Position numbers and translations under genes: made by a program. 64,000 nucleotides of DNA from Yuukianura sp. NJ FZ-2021 (lineage: Eukaryota), in assembly GCA_046563655.1 (NCBI GenBank), contig CM102286.1:15438001-15502000 (forward strand), given 5' to 3'. Positions 1 through 11,265 of the stretch are shown here, one piece after another (position 1 is the first letter of the stretch; the number at the start of each line of letters is the position of its first letter). The notes under the pieces were generated by a model. The model saw nothing but the letters and a program-made list of their open reading frames with translations. It searched no databases and was not told the DNA's origin.

Positions 1-104
1 CGGCTAGCGTTGCCTCCTCCAATCAGCTATCCAACGAAATTGTCATAACTTCTGCAACTGCAGCACCATCAAACCAAATTTCTTCTTCGTCATCTGGAGC
101 ACAC

Positions 105-1022
105 GTGTCGAACCAGGGTACTACTTCATCAACACGATCTCCGTCAAACCAAATTGCTTCTTTGTCATCTGGAGCACCCGTGTTGAACCAGGTTTCTTCT
201 CAAGCAACACTGACACCATCACACAAGAATGCTAGTTCAACAACAGAAACATCCGTCGAAAATTGGCAACACTCATTTGCTTACGAAGTCACATTGGTTG
301 ATGCAATACCGGGTCCTCCGGAAAAAGGCAAACGTCCAGTGAGAAAAAGCCCAAATCAACAACCTGTCAATCCTGGTGATGTAGCATTCGAAACTGAATT
401 CAAAAATGTGCCGGCAACAAAGTACAATGCCCTTGTTTCTCAATTCAACACAATTAATGCGCAATTTCAAACAATCCAACTGCAGTACAATGACCTCGAG
501 GCAAAGTACAACAATTTAGAAGCAAGCGTTGATGAATTGAAGGCAGAGAATGCGCAACTCAAAGAGGAAAACAAAAAACTGTTTGATGAAAACAAAAGAC
601 TGAGTGAAGAAAACAAAAAACTGTTTGAAGAAAACAAAAGACTGAGTGAAGACAACAGAAAACTGTTTGAAGAAAACAAAAGACTGAGTGAAGACAACAG
701 AAAACTCAGTGAAGCAAACAAAAGACTGAGTGAGGAAAATGAACAACTTAGAGAGGAGAATAGAAAACTTCATCAACGGTTGGACGTCCTCGAAGGAGTT
801 GAGGAACGTTACGCCAATCTACAGCTGTATTGCAATAGACTCGAGGACCGCCTAAAAATCCTCGAAGGAGTCGAGGAACGTTACGCTAAGCTGCAGCTGC
901 ATTGCAATAGACTCGAGGAGCGGCTCAAAACCCTTGAAGGAGTGGAGGAGCGTTACGCTAATCTCCAGCAGGATTACTCTAAACTTGCCGACCGGCTCGA
1001 AGCACTTGAGAATCGAAATTAA
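105..1022 (+). CDS. Terminal exon of an S/T-rich linker + heptad-repeat coiled-coil protein (5' part probably upstream of the window); paralog of 15203..17042
   Basis: Long open frame; 21-nt repeats encoding ENKKLFE/ENKRLSE heptads (~560-770) and 63-nt repeats (LEGVEERYAxLQ); C-terminus DYSKLADRLEALE resembles DYAGLEERLQKLE of the 17042 gene. Confidence 0.75.
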   Translation: MSNQGTTSSTRSPSNQIASLSSGAPVLNQVSSQATLTPSHKNASSTTETSVENWQHSFAYEVTLVDAIPGPPEKGKRPVRKSPNQQPVNPGDVAFETEFKNVPATKYNALVSQFNTINAQFQTIQLQYNDLEAKYNNLEASVDELKAENAQLKEENKKLFDENKRLSEENKKLFEENKRLSEDNRKLFEENKRLSEDNRKLSEANKRLSEENEQLREENRKLHQRLDVLEGVEERYANLQLYCNRLEDRLKILEGVEERYAKLQLHCNRLEERLKTLEGVEERYANLQQDYSKLADRLEALENRN

Positions 1023-1658
1023 TTACATTTATTTCATCTAGTTTATCACCATTTTGTTTAATGTTTTTGAGCTAACGAATTCTTCAGCTTCTTTTAGCAT
1101 TTTGTTGAGTATATACGGATTAGATGTTCTCTAGTAATAGGTTAAGCTTAGTTGAATTATTTGTAAACAAACTAGGGTGCTTTCCAGATTTCTTAAAATA
1201 CATTTTTTTAGTTTAACTGGGATGACTTGTTCAAGTTGAAACAATGACTAAGAGTAGGCACAATCTTAGGTTAGGGTTAGGTTTCTGATGCTGTTAACAT
1301 TTTCGTCTATTCACTACAAATTTTATTATAATAAATTCTACAACACAAACTTTTTGCTATCATTAATTTTTTGGCATTTAAGCAGTTTATACTGACATTT
1401 GGATGTTGACAATGAATTTCCTTAGCTTTGTTTGTTTATTCTATGGTGGGATGGGCATACTTGATTTTGCCTAGTTCTTTTTAATAATTATTTCATCACA
1501 ATTTTGCACATAATAAGTATACATGGATCCTTGTATGCAGCAAATAGATTAGTAGTAGACGCCGAGACGAGAGGACGTGTTTTGTAAAGTGGCTCTCAAT
1601 TTCTTTTTCAAGCAATATCCTGTCACGCGTTGATTTTCCTCAAATTTTGTCAATTGAA

Positions 1659-2713
1659 ATGGAAGGAAAATTTGCAGTGAATTCAATAGTTAAACTTAAA
1701 CCATTTCCACCAGGCATCAGTGGAATTGTTGAGAAGATAATTAATGTCGGTGAGCACTTTTTGGTTTCTTATTTACTTGACATGGCATTCCTTTGCAATT
1801 GTATATTTTCCACTAGGTGGACTTGTAGCATATGGCGTCAGATTTCCGGGCCAAAAAGAACTTTCATTCTTGATGGCACATGAGCTGCGAGTAAAGCCAA
1901 AAGTGCAGCAGACGGAGAACCCATGTGATGTTTCGGCCCATACCGTTCCTACAGTTTCGCCGGCAGCGACTAAGGTTATACACCAAACATTTTTTCGTAA
2001 ATAGTGATGTACAACTACTAACTAGATGCAACTTTTCTGGTACCATTTCCAACGCAATGTTTATGTTGCAGGCAACTTGTCAACCACCAAAGAAAATGGG
2101 AACAACTACATCGAAGTTAGTTGGTCCAGTTGCATCAACATCAACAGCTTCGGCTCAAACCCTGCCGACAGAAAGTGCGACAGTATTCAATTCTGCAACA
2201 CCCACTACGACCCGTGTGCTGAGATCTTCAATGCAAAGAATGCCTGGTACCCCTATCCACCTAACCTTTAAACCACATACCAACATAACTAATGTTCAAC
2301 ATAACTAACCTAACCTATCTTTCACGTTACACTTTCAAATAGGAAAAAGTTCAAGAGGTAAGGACAATGTTGCCGGGTACGAGGCTAAACAAAAGGAGTG
2401 CAATTCCAATGATCAACAGCGTGGGAGGAAACGTACCAAAGAAGTCGCCAAAGTTGCGGGTGCAGCGAAGCCTTCTCGCAAAAATGCGAAGCGAACAAGC
2501 CCGGATGTAGTTGATGGTCCATATGAAGCAAGTCAAGGTCAGGTAGGAACTAGTGCTTTTCGTTCCAACCAACAGCCGAACCGGAATGCTACTCCTACAA
2601 CACCACCCAACTCCGACAACAATTCACAACATGATAATTTGTTTGATGTCCCGTTGATTGATGCAACTATGGGTCCTTCCGCCAAGCTTCCAAAGAAGCG
2701 CCGTTCTAACTGA
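1659..2713 (+). CDS. Multi-exon protein: N-terminal Tudor/SH3-like beta-barrel, S/T-rich linker, basic tail
   Basis: Predicted exons ~1659-1749, 1817-1974, 2072-2247, 2343-2713 with GT/AG. Spliced N-terminus MEGKFAVNSIVKLKPFPPGISGIVEKIINVGGLVAYGVRFPGQKELSFLMAHEL fits a Tudor-like pattern. C-terminal FDVPLIDATMGP resembles YEVTLVDAIPGP of the 105..1022 gene. Confidence 0.6.
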
Positions 2714-3140
2714 TTCGAACATGTTGCCCAATGATTAGTACTACTACAGACTGAACGTCTTTTTAGAATGCATTTCATATTTACTACAAGTATATATTCA
2801 TTGCAAGCGCTCCGTTCTGTGGTTGTTATTAATAAATATCTCAATGAATGACTATGGACCTTGTTGTTACGCGTTACATTTCATGGTAAACTCGTACATA
2901 TTTTTTTTGTTATAAATAACGTTACAATTGACAAGTGTAGTGGCAGTTGGTGTCAAGTTGTGAGGAAGAAAGACGTGTCCCAGCTTATATTGTCAATAAT
3001 TTGATTCTTCCGAAATTTTACAATTTCTAGTGTTTGAGCCCTATAAAAGGTGAGCTTTTCAATCGAATAATTAACAGTTATTAATCATTTAAAACTTTAT
3101 TCGTATTAGGTTTCGTTTGTAATTTGGCGTTGCAGCTGAC

Positions 3141-3716
3141 ATGGAACAGTTTGACGAAGACGGAGTGGTGAGTAGGCTAGTTTTGATTCAAAGTGTTTGT
3201 ACAAGTTATTATATTAGTGTTGTTAGCCAATGTGTGTCCTTGTCTCAATTCTAGATTGCTGTAGTCAAGGATGTCCTTTCACGTGTCACTGCTTTGAAGG
3301 TTGATTTTCCTGAATTGTATGAAAAGTTTGAAGCGCCCATGATGAGGACGATTTTTAAGGCCGTGTTATACGCCGCCGGAGGAAAATATATCTACACCGC
3401 AGAAACGCTGAAACACGCAGTTGACGACAACTTTGGGCGGGAGATGTCGGAATTTGAAAAACTGAAACATATGCTAAACGCCCGCTTTGATACTGATACA
3501 TTTGAGGAGAATCATACGCCAAAAGTAATGGGTTACACCTATGAAAGGGAGGTCAAGAAGATGGAATTACGCTTGAAGGTAATTTCAAACCGCCGTGTGG
3601 ATTTGCAAGATGAAGTCAGTGAATTCCGTCGAGTTTACGACATTTTGGACATGAAGGAAGGAAATATCCCGCTCGGAGTCATTGTTACTTTGTTGGAATC
3701 GATTCTTCTCAATTAA
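3141..3716 (+). CDS. Orphan helical protein, AGGKY family member 1 (2 coding exons)
   Basis: Short exon ATG 3141-3167 (GTGAGT donor), exon 2 from ~3255; motifs AGGKYIYTAETL and YEREVKKMELRLKVISNRR shared with 3 paralogs. Confidence 0.75.
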
Positions 3717-3949
3717 CTTCAACTTAGACAACAAATTTGGAATATTTGTAGTAATTGAGTCTTTGCGTTTTCTTGTAGGCTGAATCACTTGTTTAACAAT
3801 GGCTATAGCATTCGATTGATTTGATTCCAATAATTTTTTTGTTCTTTACTGCTGTTTTGGTAACTGAAGTTAGTAAATGTTATCTCTATAAAAGCTATTC
3901 TTGAATTCAAAGCTTTATTTATTTGTACGACAACCATCTCAGTTCTCTA

Positions 3950-3986
3950 CGCAGTAGTTTTCTAGCTCTTCACCTGAACGGACGTG
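3950..3986 (+). promoter_or_regulatory. Inr+DPE core promoter
   Basis: GCAGT (A=3953) and GGACG at 3980, exactly +28. Confidence 0.55.
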
Positions 3987-4158
3987 TCCAAGAGTAGCTA
4001 GCCTCATTTACCGCTGGTAGGTACTTGTTCAAAAGATTGCAAAGTTCGGATTGTTCATATTGAGTGTCTGATAAAGCAAAACAAAATTCATTGTTCATAT
4101 TTGAGTGTCTTCATTGACATAGTAATTTACAGCAAACCAACAACCACCCGCAAATCTT

Positions 4159-4915
4159 ATGGGAATATCAATAAGTAAGTTTCACTTATAATTGGTTTAA
4201 GGATAGGTTATCAGAACAAGACATTAATTTTACTGGTTGTGTGTTTTAGACATAACAAGTGAGCGGAAAGTATTGCTTGCATATCGCCGAAAGATGAGCG
4301 ACGTTCCGGATATGTCAATCATAGGCAAAATTATTCCTGACTCTGCTGACGTAAATCTTGTTGGAACTTTAACAGTATCTCCAACTAGAGGATTTGTTAC
4401 ATTTTCACACTGTGATCGAGGATTCAACAACTGCATCACCTTCTCAACAATTTCTGAAATGAACGTCGTTGACAACTCCTCAATTCAGTTTATGGACGGA
4501 GACATTCCATACGTTTTCCAGCCCTTGCAAGAAGCAAACGTTACCAGAGCAAACATGAGTAATTTTGTAGCAGTTTATCGGAAACATTGCAAATATGCCA
4601 AACGGCTGGAAACACTACATGTTCAGCAGATGGAGAAGATTACATCTACTTTGAAGATTATTGTGGAAGATTTGATGCAACAAAAGTAAAATAGTTAAAG
4701 TTTTTACACATTGCTAAACACTTATAAATTTGGGTGTTTCTTGTTTTATTAGGTCCATGGCACAAAATCTTTCTCCGGAAATTGTTTCAGGAGTGAATTG
4801 TTTGGAAGAATTGGTGGAGGAAGAAAAAAGCATCCTTCATGAAACACAATCGCGCAAACGTTTGGCTTCGTCTTCTTCTGCTTTGAATGAGAAGAAGAGC
4901 AGAATGGATAAGTAA
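4159..4915 (+). CDS. 3-exon protein of unknown function (possible PH-like beta domain, C-terminal basic NLS-like tail)
   Basis: ATG 4159 with GTAAGT donor ~4175; exon ~4250-4685; exon ~4754-4915; frames join in phase. Confidence 0.55.
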
Positions 4916-5478
4916 AAAAAATTGTTTCAACTACATGTATTAAGGAATTTAGTTCGATTGGCGTTTTCGAAACCAGCTGTTGCATTTTCGCAAAAATTAG
5001 TACTTTATGGATTCTTTCAATTAACGTCAAGTAAAGACAACAATCACTGCGACTTTTCAGTTATTGATTTTGTCTGTTTTTTTCATTTGAATGATTGTTG
5101 GAAATGTTTTTTAGTTCAGCAATGCATATAATATTTGATTAGGTTAAGGTACTAGCTAACCTAACTTAATTTTAGTAACTTTTTTCTTCCACGCTGTATT
5201 GCTGTTTCATAGTTGTAATAAATAAAAATTTGATATTACGTAAAAGCTATTTTTGATTTCAAAACTTTATTTATTTGTGTGAGAACTCTATTTTTCTGCG
5301 AAGTTGTTGCCTAGCTCTTCACCTGGACGGACGTGCTCCGAAGGTTACTATTTTCGTTTGAGGCTGGTACTTGTTTAAACAACTAAGTTATCAAAATTGC
5401 TAGGATTTTGCTTGGACTTTTCAATCGTCATACGTCAGATTTCAGTTGATTTCTGCATATTTTTTGCTACGTGGTGTC

Positions 5479-6037
5479 ATGGAGCCTATGCCTCAGCATG
5501 AAATGGTAATCAACCAATTCAGAAATACATTTGTAGTTGATTGGGGGTTTACAAATATTTAACATTTTTTAGGTGCAAGAGGTCAAGCATGCTATTTCGC
5601 ACGCAATCCGCTTAAAAGAGGGAGTTCCACAGTTGTACTTTAAACTAAAATATGCAATACTCCGGGCAATTTCACATGGAATGATATTTGCTGGTGGCGG
5701 GCTATACATTTACAAGGCTCATACCCTCAAGTTTGAGGTGTACAATCAATTTGGATCTGAGATTATGCATGACTCTGAACTTAAAATTTTTCTCGATTCG
5801 CGTTTGAGTGTGTTAATTTTTGAAGGCGGGAAAATATCAACCAATCTATCAGCTGTGGCTCGCGAAAAATTGAGGATGGAGCTTCGATTAGAGAGAATTA
5901 AGAACAGACGCACAACCTTTGAGACTTCCGTTGCAATTTTGCATTCCGATGTCACTGAATCTGATCCAGGAGGCATTATCTTCGATCTTCGACACATTCT
6001 TGCCCACTTGGATAGTATCCTATCATATAAAATGTAA
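5479..6037 (+). CDS. Orphan AGGKY family member 2
   Basis: Short exon 5479-5505, exon 2 from 5573; FAGGGLYIYKAHTL...KLRMELRLERIKNRR. Confidence 0.72.
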
Positions 6038-6285
6038 GAGAATACTTTACATAATCTTTGTGTTCAGTTACTTTGAGCCTAACTTGATGTACATATTTCT
6101 CCATTTAAAAAGTTTTACTGTACACCATGTTGTTTTGATTGCATAAAAATCAACATGCAATAATTTATTTTCATTTTGGTCATAAAGTTTTGTTTGACTA
6201 TGGTTGTACTTTTTGATTTGTTTAAAAAATTTTCGAGGTCCATTTTAATGTTTGTAATGTAGTAACTTATTATTTGATCATTGTG

Positions 6286-6321
6286 TCAGTCTTGTTGTGA
6301 CTTTGAAACCGTGAGGACGTG
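6286..6321 (+). promoter_or_regulatory. Inr+DPE core promoter (duplicate of the 6890-6925 promoter) with no clear downstream ORF
   Basis: TCAGT (A=6288), GGACGT at 6315 = +28; followed by a GTAAAC donor. Confidence 0.6.
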
Positions 6322-6860
6322 GAAAAGTATAGTTGCTCCAAGTGGTAAAGTGGAAAAGTCTTTTGAGGTAAACATATATTTATACAAGCTTTTTTGTTAT
6401 CACCGTTTAAGTACGTGTGTGATGCCGGTACGTGTAATGCCAGGTTAGGTTAGGTCGCTCCAATCGATTGTCGACAAGTGGAAACAAACGTCGTTCAAAT
6501 AGTAAGAAATGAATGATTCTGTTTTATTTGCAAAGCACCACTGTGAGCATTTTTTTCCTGTAGGCCGATGAGTGGACGAGGATGAATCGAATTAGCCTCT
6601 GTTCATCTCTCATGCGACTTACAATTCTCTTTTGACGTCTATGTAGTTACACAAATCAACTTATAAACTTAGAAATGCAAGATTGCGTTCGTTGTTTTCA
6701 AATTAGAGACATGCAGATGCCTAGGTATTTCATACAAAATACTATTGTATTGGTAATGATAATGCCTAAATAAAATACGAGATCTAATACCAACACAAAA
6801 TTATTTGTATTTACTAATGTCGAGAAGCTTCGTTTGAGGATTGCTGTAGATTTTGTTTTG

Positions 6861-6925
6861 TATAAGAAAAACTTTATATTACAATTGTTTCAGTCTTGTT
6901 TCAACTGTGAAAGTGTGAGGACGTG
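6861..6925 (+). promoter_or_regulatory. TATA-like + Inr + DPE core promoter
   Basis: TATAAG at 6861, TCAGT (A=6892), GGACGT at 6919 = +28. Confidence 0.65.
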
Positions 6926-7052
6926 CACAACTTTTTGCTCCAACTGGTAAAGTGAAAAAGCCTTTTGAGGTAACTTTAGTTTAAGAAACGTTTCTTGGTT
7001 ATTATCGTTTTAGTAGCAGGTAAAGTAGTTTACCTGTTGCCGATAGTCAGCA

Positions 7053-8726
7053 ATGGGAAATTGTTTTGGACGACGTAATTCTCATTTGGAGAAAAAGAAA
7101 AAAACGTTGTCTTCCACTCCAGTTGCACCTGAACTGGATACAGAATTGAGTATAGTACAACGTAGTTGCAATTCCACTTGTACTCAAACTTTCAACGAAG
7201 GAATGTATGCATGCATAAATTTTAAGGAAAACATAGGGTTTTTTTTTCCTTCACTATTGTAATTGGAATTCTGTTCATTACTTTTAGTATTGACATGGCC
7301 TCCTGTATCCCACCAAGCACTGAAAAAGAAGGTACGCTAGTCTTGTGCAATTATTTTACTGTATATGAATTTTTCGAATTTACACTAAAATTTATAAATT
7401 TACAAAAGGTGATCTTTTGGAAAATAAATTGGAAATGGGCTTAAAGATTTGTGAAACTTCCCAGTTGCCTGCAACTACAAGCGCAATGCATATTTCAAAA
7501 GGTAAACGTAACCATTTTCTATATTCTCAAATTCAGCATTAGTTTCTATTGTATTTTATCTTTGTAGTTCACTCCTTGAATTTTTTTTAGGTCCCAACAT
7601 TGTTCAAACGAACATTTGCAATGAAACTATAACGGTAGCATCACAGTCAGAAAACGTTAAGCCTCTACAAGACAATGCTGCACCTGTTGTGGCAATGGAA
7701 CCAAAAGTCAAACACACCGATGTGAACGTGCCGGTGGATATTTCAGCTGTACAAAAAAAGAAGGTGGTACTCAAGGAAGGGACTACGACTGTCCTCGTTC
7801 ATGCTCCAATGGATGATTCACCACAACAAGAGCAACAACCATTGGAAGCTGCAATGGAGGCTACAATGGAGGCACCAACATCGGTTGAACCAACCCTCCG
7901 AAATGTTCATTTCCCGTCTGCAATAAACGACATGTACATGAGCAGCGACGCTTTTTATTATAATACAAAATCCGGTAATTGCACTAAATTTCGTTTTATA
8001 TAAGGTTTAACTCTATGAATTTACTTGTGCTCGTTTTTGATTTTCTAATTTAAGGCATCCCAGTGCCAGCTTATGTCAACGTCTCAAATAAAATTGATGC
8101 TACTCCTGGACCTAGTAATGTGTCTACAATGGACTTGTTGTTGCCCCGAGGTGAGAAACAAATACCCACAGTTTCAGTCTTCAATGCATTTATACTTCTT
8201 CTTTTTTTTTAATTAGAGCCGATTTTTGCTACCATCAATTTGCCGTATTATATTACGGTTTTCCCAACTTTTATTACCCGTTCTGAAACCCAAATGGTCA
8301 TCTTTTACAACAAGCCAATTGCAAGTTCATCCAAAGTGTCTGTCGTCATAACTACCTGTAACGGGAGACGTTTCGCTGAGACTGCAATTATTGCCAATCC
8401 GTTTAGCTTCATTGTTTCTCTTCCAAGTAATTTTCAATTTATTCTTGTTTAGTTTTGTTAAATAATCATTTTTTTTCTATTTAGGATACTTGACTGACGA
8501 TCTTCCACTTTCGCTAACTTGTACTGTGAGCGTAGATGGAGTCGTTGGTGCAGATTTGAAACTAAGTAAAATCAACAGTTACCAAGTTTGGAAGCTCGAC
8601 AACTCTGATGAAGCACGAAAAGCCGGAGGTTACAACTACATTGACAAAGAATATAATCCTGCACCGCGCCCTGAATTGCCAAAAAAAAATCCTCCAAATA
8701 TGGTTTTTGGAAAGGATTTCTTCTAG
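7053..8726 (+). CDS. ~7-exon protein with N-terminal myristoylation/palmitoylation-type motif and C-terminal IPT/TIG (DBB-like) Ig domain
   Basis: Starts MGNCFGRR plus a poly-Lys stretch; series of GT-AG introns; exons ~8218-8427 and 8485-8726 give ITVFPTFI...VSVVI...NPFSFIVSLP...CTVSVDGV, resembling the Dof/BCAP DBB-TIG pattern. Confidence 0.55.
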
Positions 8727-9062
8727 ATACTAGATTACAGTTGATTTAGTTAGTCAGCTGAGAGACGTATAGCCTTATTAACGTGTATTGACCAATAACT
8801 AGTTTTTACAAACTGGTACTTGTTATATTTTTAAGATTATAGGTTTACTAAAACAATTAATGTTGTTGGTTTTTCCACTGCTTTGTTTCACAACTCTTGT
8901 TTTTCACTATACAGCATTATATTCTTTAGATTACACCTCTTTAGTAGATGCGGCAATGCTTTAATCAATATGTATTAAACTTTGTTCACTTGTTACATCG
9001 TGCTTTTAGTTTACTACTTTATTTAATACATTGCTAAAGACAGGCGTGCTTATGCTTTATCC

Positions 9063-9222
9063 TTACTTTCCGTTTCCCGCTACTTGCTGTGGGGAAAATT
9101 TGTCGTACGACTATTATTTGGTGATTATTTGCGTCGTAATTGGATTTTAGTGAGATGTTTTGGCGTTGCCATGTGACCTACGACAAGTTTTTCCCGGGGA
9201 ATGTAGCGGGGAACGGAAAGTA
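9063..9222. mobile_element. Degenerate ~160-bp inverted-repeat element (MITE relic)
   Basis: TTACTTTCCGTTTCCCGCTAC ... GTAGCGGGGAACGGAAAGTAA plus an inner TTGTCGTA/TACGACAA pair; TSD not resolved. Confidence 0.5.
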
Positions 9223-9461
9223 AATACCAGGTATTAGAGGCTGGTTAGGTTAGGTTTACCTACGGCTGGTTTGATTTTTAAGACAATACAAGTTTTGCCT
9301 TACGTCAAGATACACAGTCAAGCTTAAAGTTATTTGAATTAAATAAAGTTTCAATTTAGTAGCTTACTCGAGTCAAAGTCGTTGTGCTACACAGACTTGT
9401 CCAAAGTAACATTTCAATCGATTAACGAAATTGCGTTCAACAACAAGTTGCAACATCAAGG

Positions 9462-9530
9462 TATAAATACGATTGCTACAGACGTTGAATCACATTAGTC
9501 TTCCTCATTCTCTTGCACCGAACAGACGTG
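9462..9530 (+). promoter_or_regulatory. TATA+Inr+DPE core promoter
   Basis: TATAAA 9462, TTAGT (A=9497), AGACGT at 9524 = +28. Confidence 0.65.
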
Positions 9531-9781
9531 TTCCAATACTTTGCACCTTATTCACTTTCCTATCTTTGGGATTTGGAGATTTGGGATTTTAAAGTTACGT
9601 GCCATTCTACACATACTGCTAAATCTGTGATTCTGCTGCAACGGTAAGTCTTAGCCTAAACCCGGATTCATTTATTTAAATTTTAGTGTCAATGTTCACT
9701 TAGTTAGTATTTGAACCCTTTGGCTAGGTGAATGTTTTCCTACTGATCATTCTGCTATTTTTTGGGGTTGTCACTTAAACA

Positions 9782-10378
9782 ATGGATAAATCGGTTGGTA
9801 CACAATGAAGGCATGATGATTTACATAAATAATAACAAATGTGCAATACTTACTAACTGTTGTTTATTTGTTCGTAGGTGAAACAAGTTCATGCGGCCAT
9901 GAGCCGTGTACGAACCATGCAAGAAGGTTGCCGAGTGACATACACAAAAATCAAAGAGGTACTTTGTCGTGCCGTAGCAACTGCAATGTTGTATACAGCA
10001 GGTGGTAAATACGCCTATACCGCAGAAACTCTAGAGCAGGCTATAACGAAAAAGTACAGCATGATAGTCAAGGGCCCGACTGATATCTACATAACGGTTA
10101 AGGCGCTGCTGGATGCCATGGTTTACAAACAAAACGTTACACCAAAAATTCGAGGGTTAAAATATGAACGAGAAGTAAAAAAAATGAAGCATCGGCTTGA
10201 CATAATCAAGAAAAGACGAATTGAATTTCAGCATGCTCTTGATTCTTTGCGTAGCACTGTTGAAGGTTTGCAATTGGAGAAGGGCTACGGGGCGGATTTT
10301 CTTCTTGAGAAGATTCTTGACAACTTGCAACGTTGTCTCGATCCTACATTCAAACCACCTTCACATTTTTGGTTTTAA
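9782..10378 (+). CDS. Orphan AGGKY family member 3
   Basis: Main exon 9878-10378 follows a TAG acceptor; TAGGKYAYTAETL...TPKIRGLKYEREVKKMKHRLDIIKKRR; first micro-exon (ATG 9782) is tentative. Confidence 0.75.
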
Positions 10379-10795
10379 GTATTAATTTTTTTTCCTAAAG
10401 CAGTATCAATTTGCAGTTTTTCTTTACAATTTCATAAAAAATTGTTACTCTGTTTAAAATTAGTAATATTGGTATACTAGATTCCGGCTACGGTTTTTGT
10501 TTATTATAACGTTGTTTTCTAAAAAGGTTAGCATCATGTTAACTACTATGGTTTATTGTCTTGTTGTCTTAGTACTATTGTGTATTAATTAATTTTCCAC
10601 GTTTTGTAATTTAACCTAAACTAAAATATACAGCAAAAAAAATTATCAACAACATTGAAGTTGTTCTTGTACAATTCTTTGGGTTTCAAATTGCGCAACG
10701 GTGATCCTCTGCAGTCCAGGTACAATTTTGACAGAGAGCACTCCTTTATTTTTTGTCTGATTTGAAGAATTGTAGAAAAAAAACGGGAATTGGTT

Positions 10796-10861
10796 TATAA
10801 ATAAGGTCTGCGTATAATTTTATTGTCATTCATCACACAGCTCCAGTACTGAACGGACGTT
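10796..10861 (+). promoter_or_regulatory. TATA+Inr+DPE core promoter
   Basis: TATAAA 10796, TCATT (A=10828), GGACGT at 10855 = +28. Confidence 0.65.
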
Positions 10862-11265
10862 TCCTGGTTATACTCCTCAACAGGAATTCTGTCTACTTTA
10901 CGGATTGTTTTTTGGTTTCGTTGTTTGCCATTTTTTTGCTTTTATTGCTCATCCAAACGTAAGTCCTAAATTCTTTCTCGTAACTCAGCTAATTTTAAAC
11001 ATTAGGTAAGAGTACGGAAAACGATGCCGTTTGTAACATCCCATTGCTACACAAATTGGTCACTTATATAGAGTGTCTGTAGTTTCCAGCGCCGAAGGCG
11101 ATGTGTTAGGTTTTTTAACTTATGTAACATATACTACTCCTTAAAATGTTTGCTTAGTAGGTTATATTCGGCACCATCTTCTTTACTCCAAAATTCATCT
11201 AAAATATTCAACCCTTCAATCGTATTGCTTATTTGTCAAATGGTTTTTCTGTCGTTTGTTATTAG

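Noticed and set aside
273..776. Minus-strand Phe/Leu/Ser-rich ORFs (also 16653-16904)
   Set aside because: Antisense of the 21-nt coiled-coil repeats
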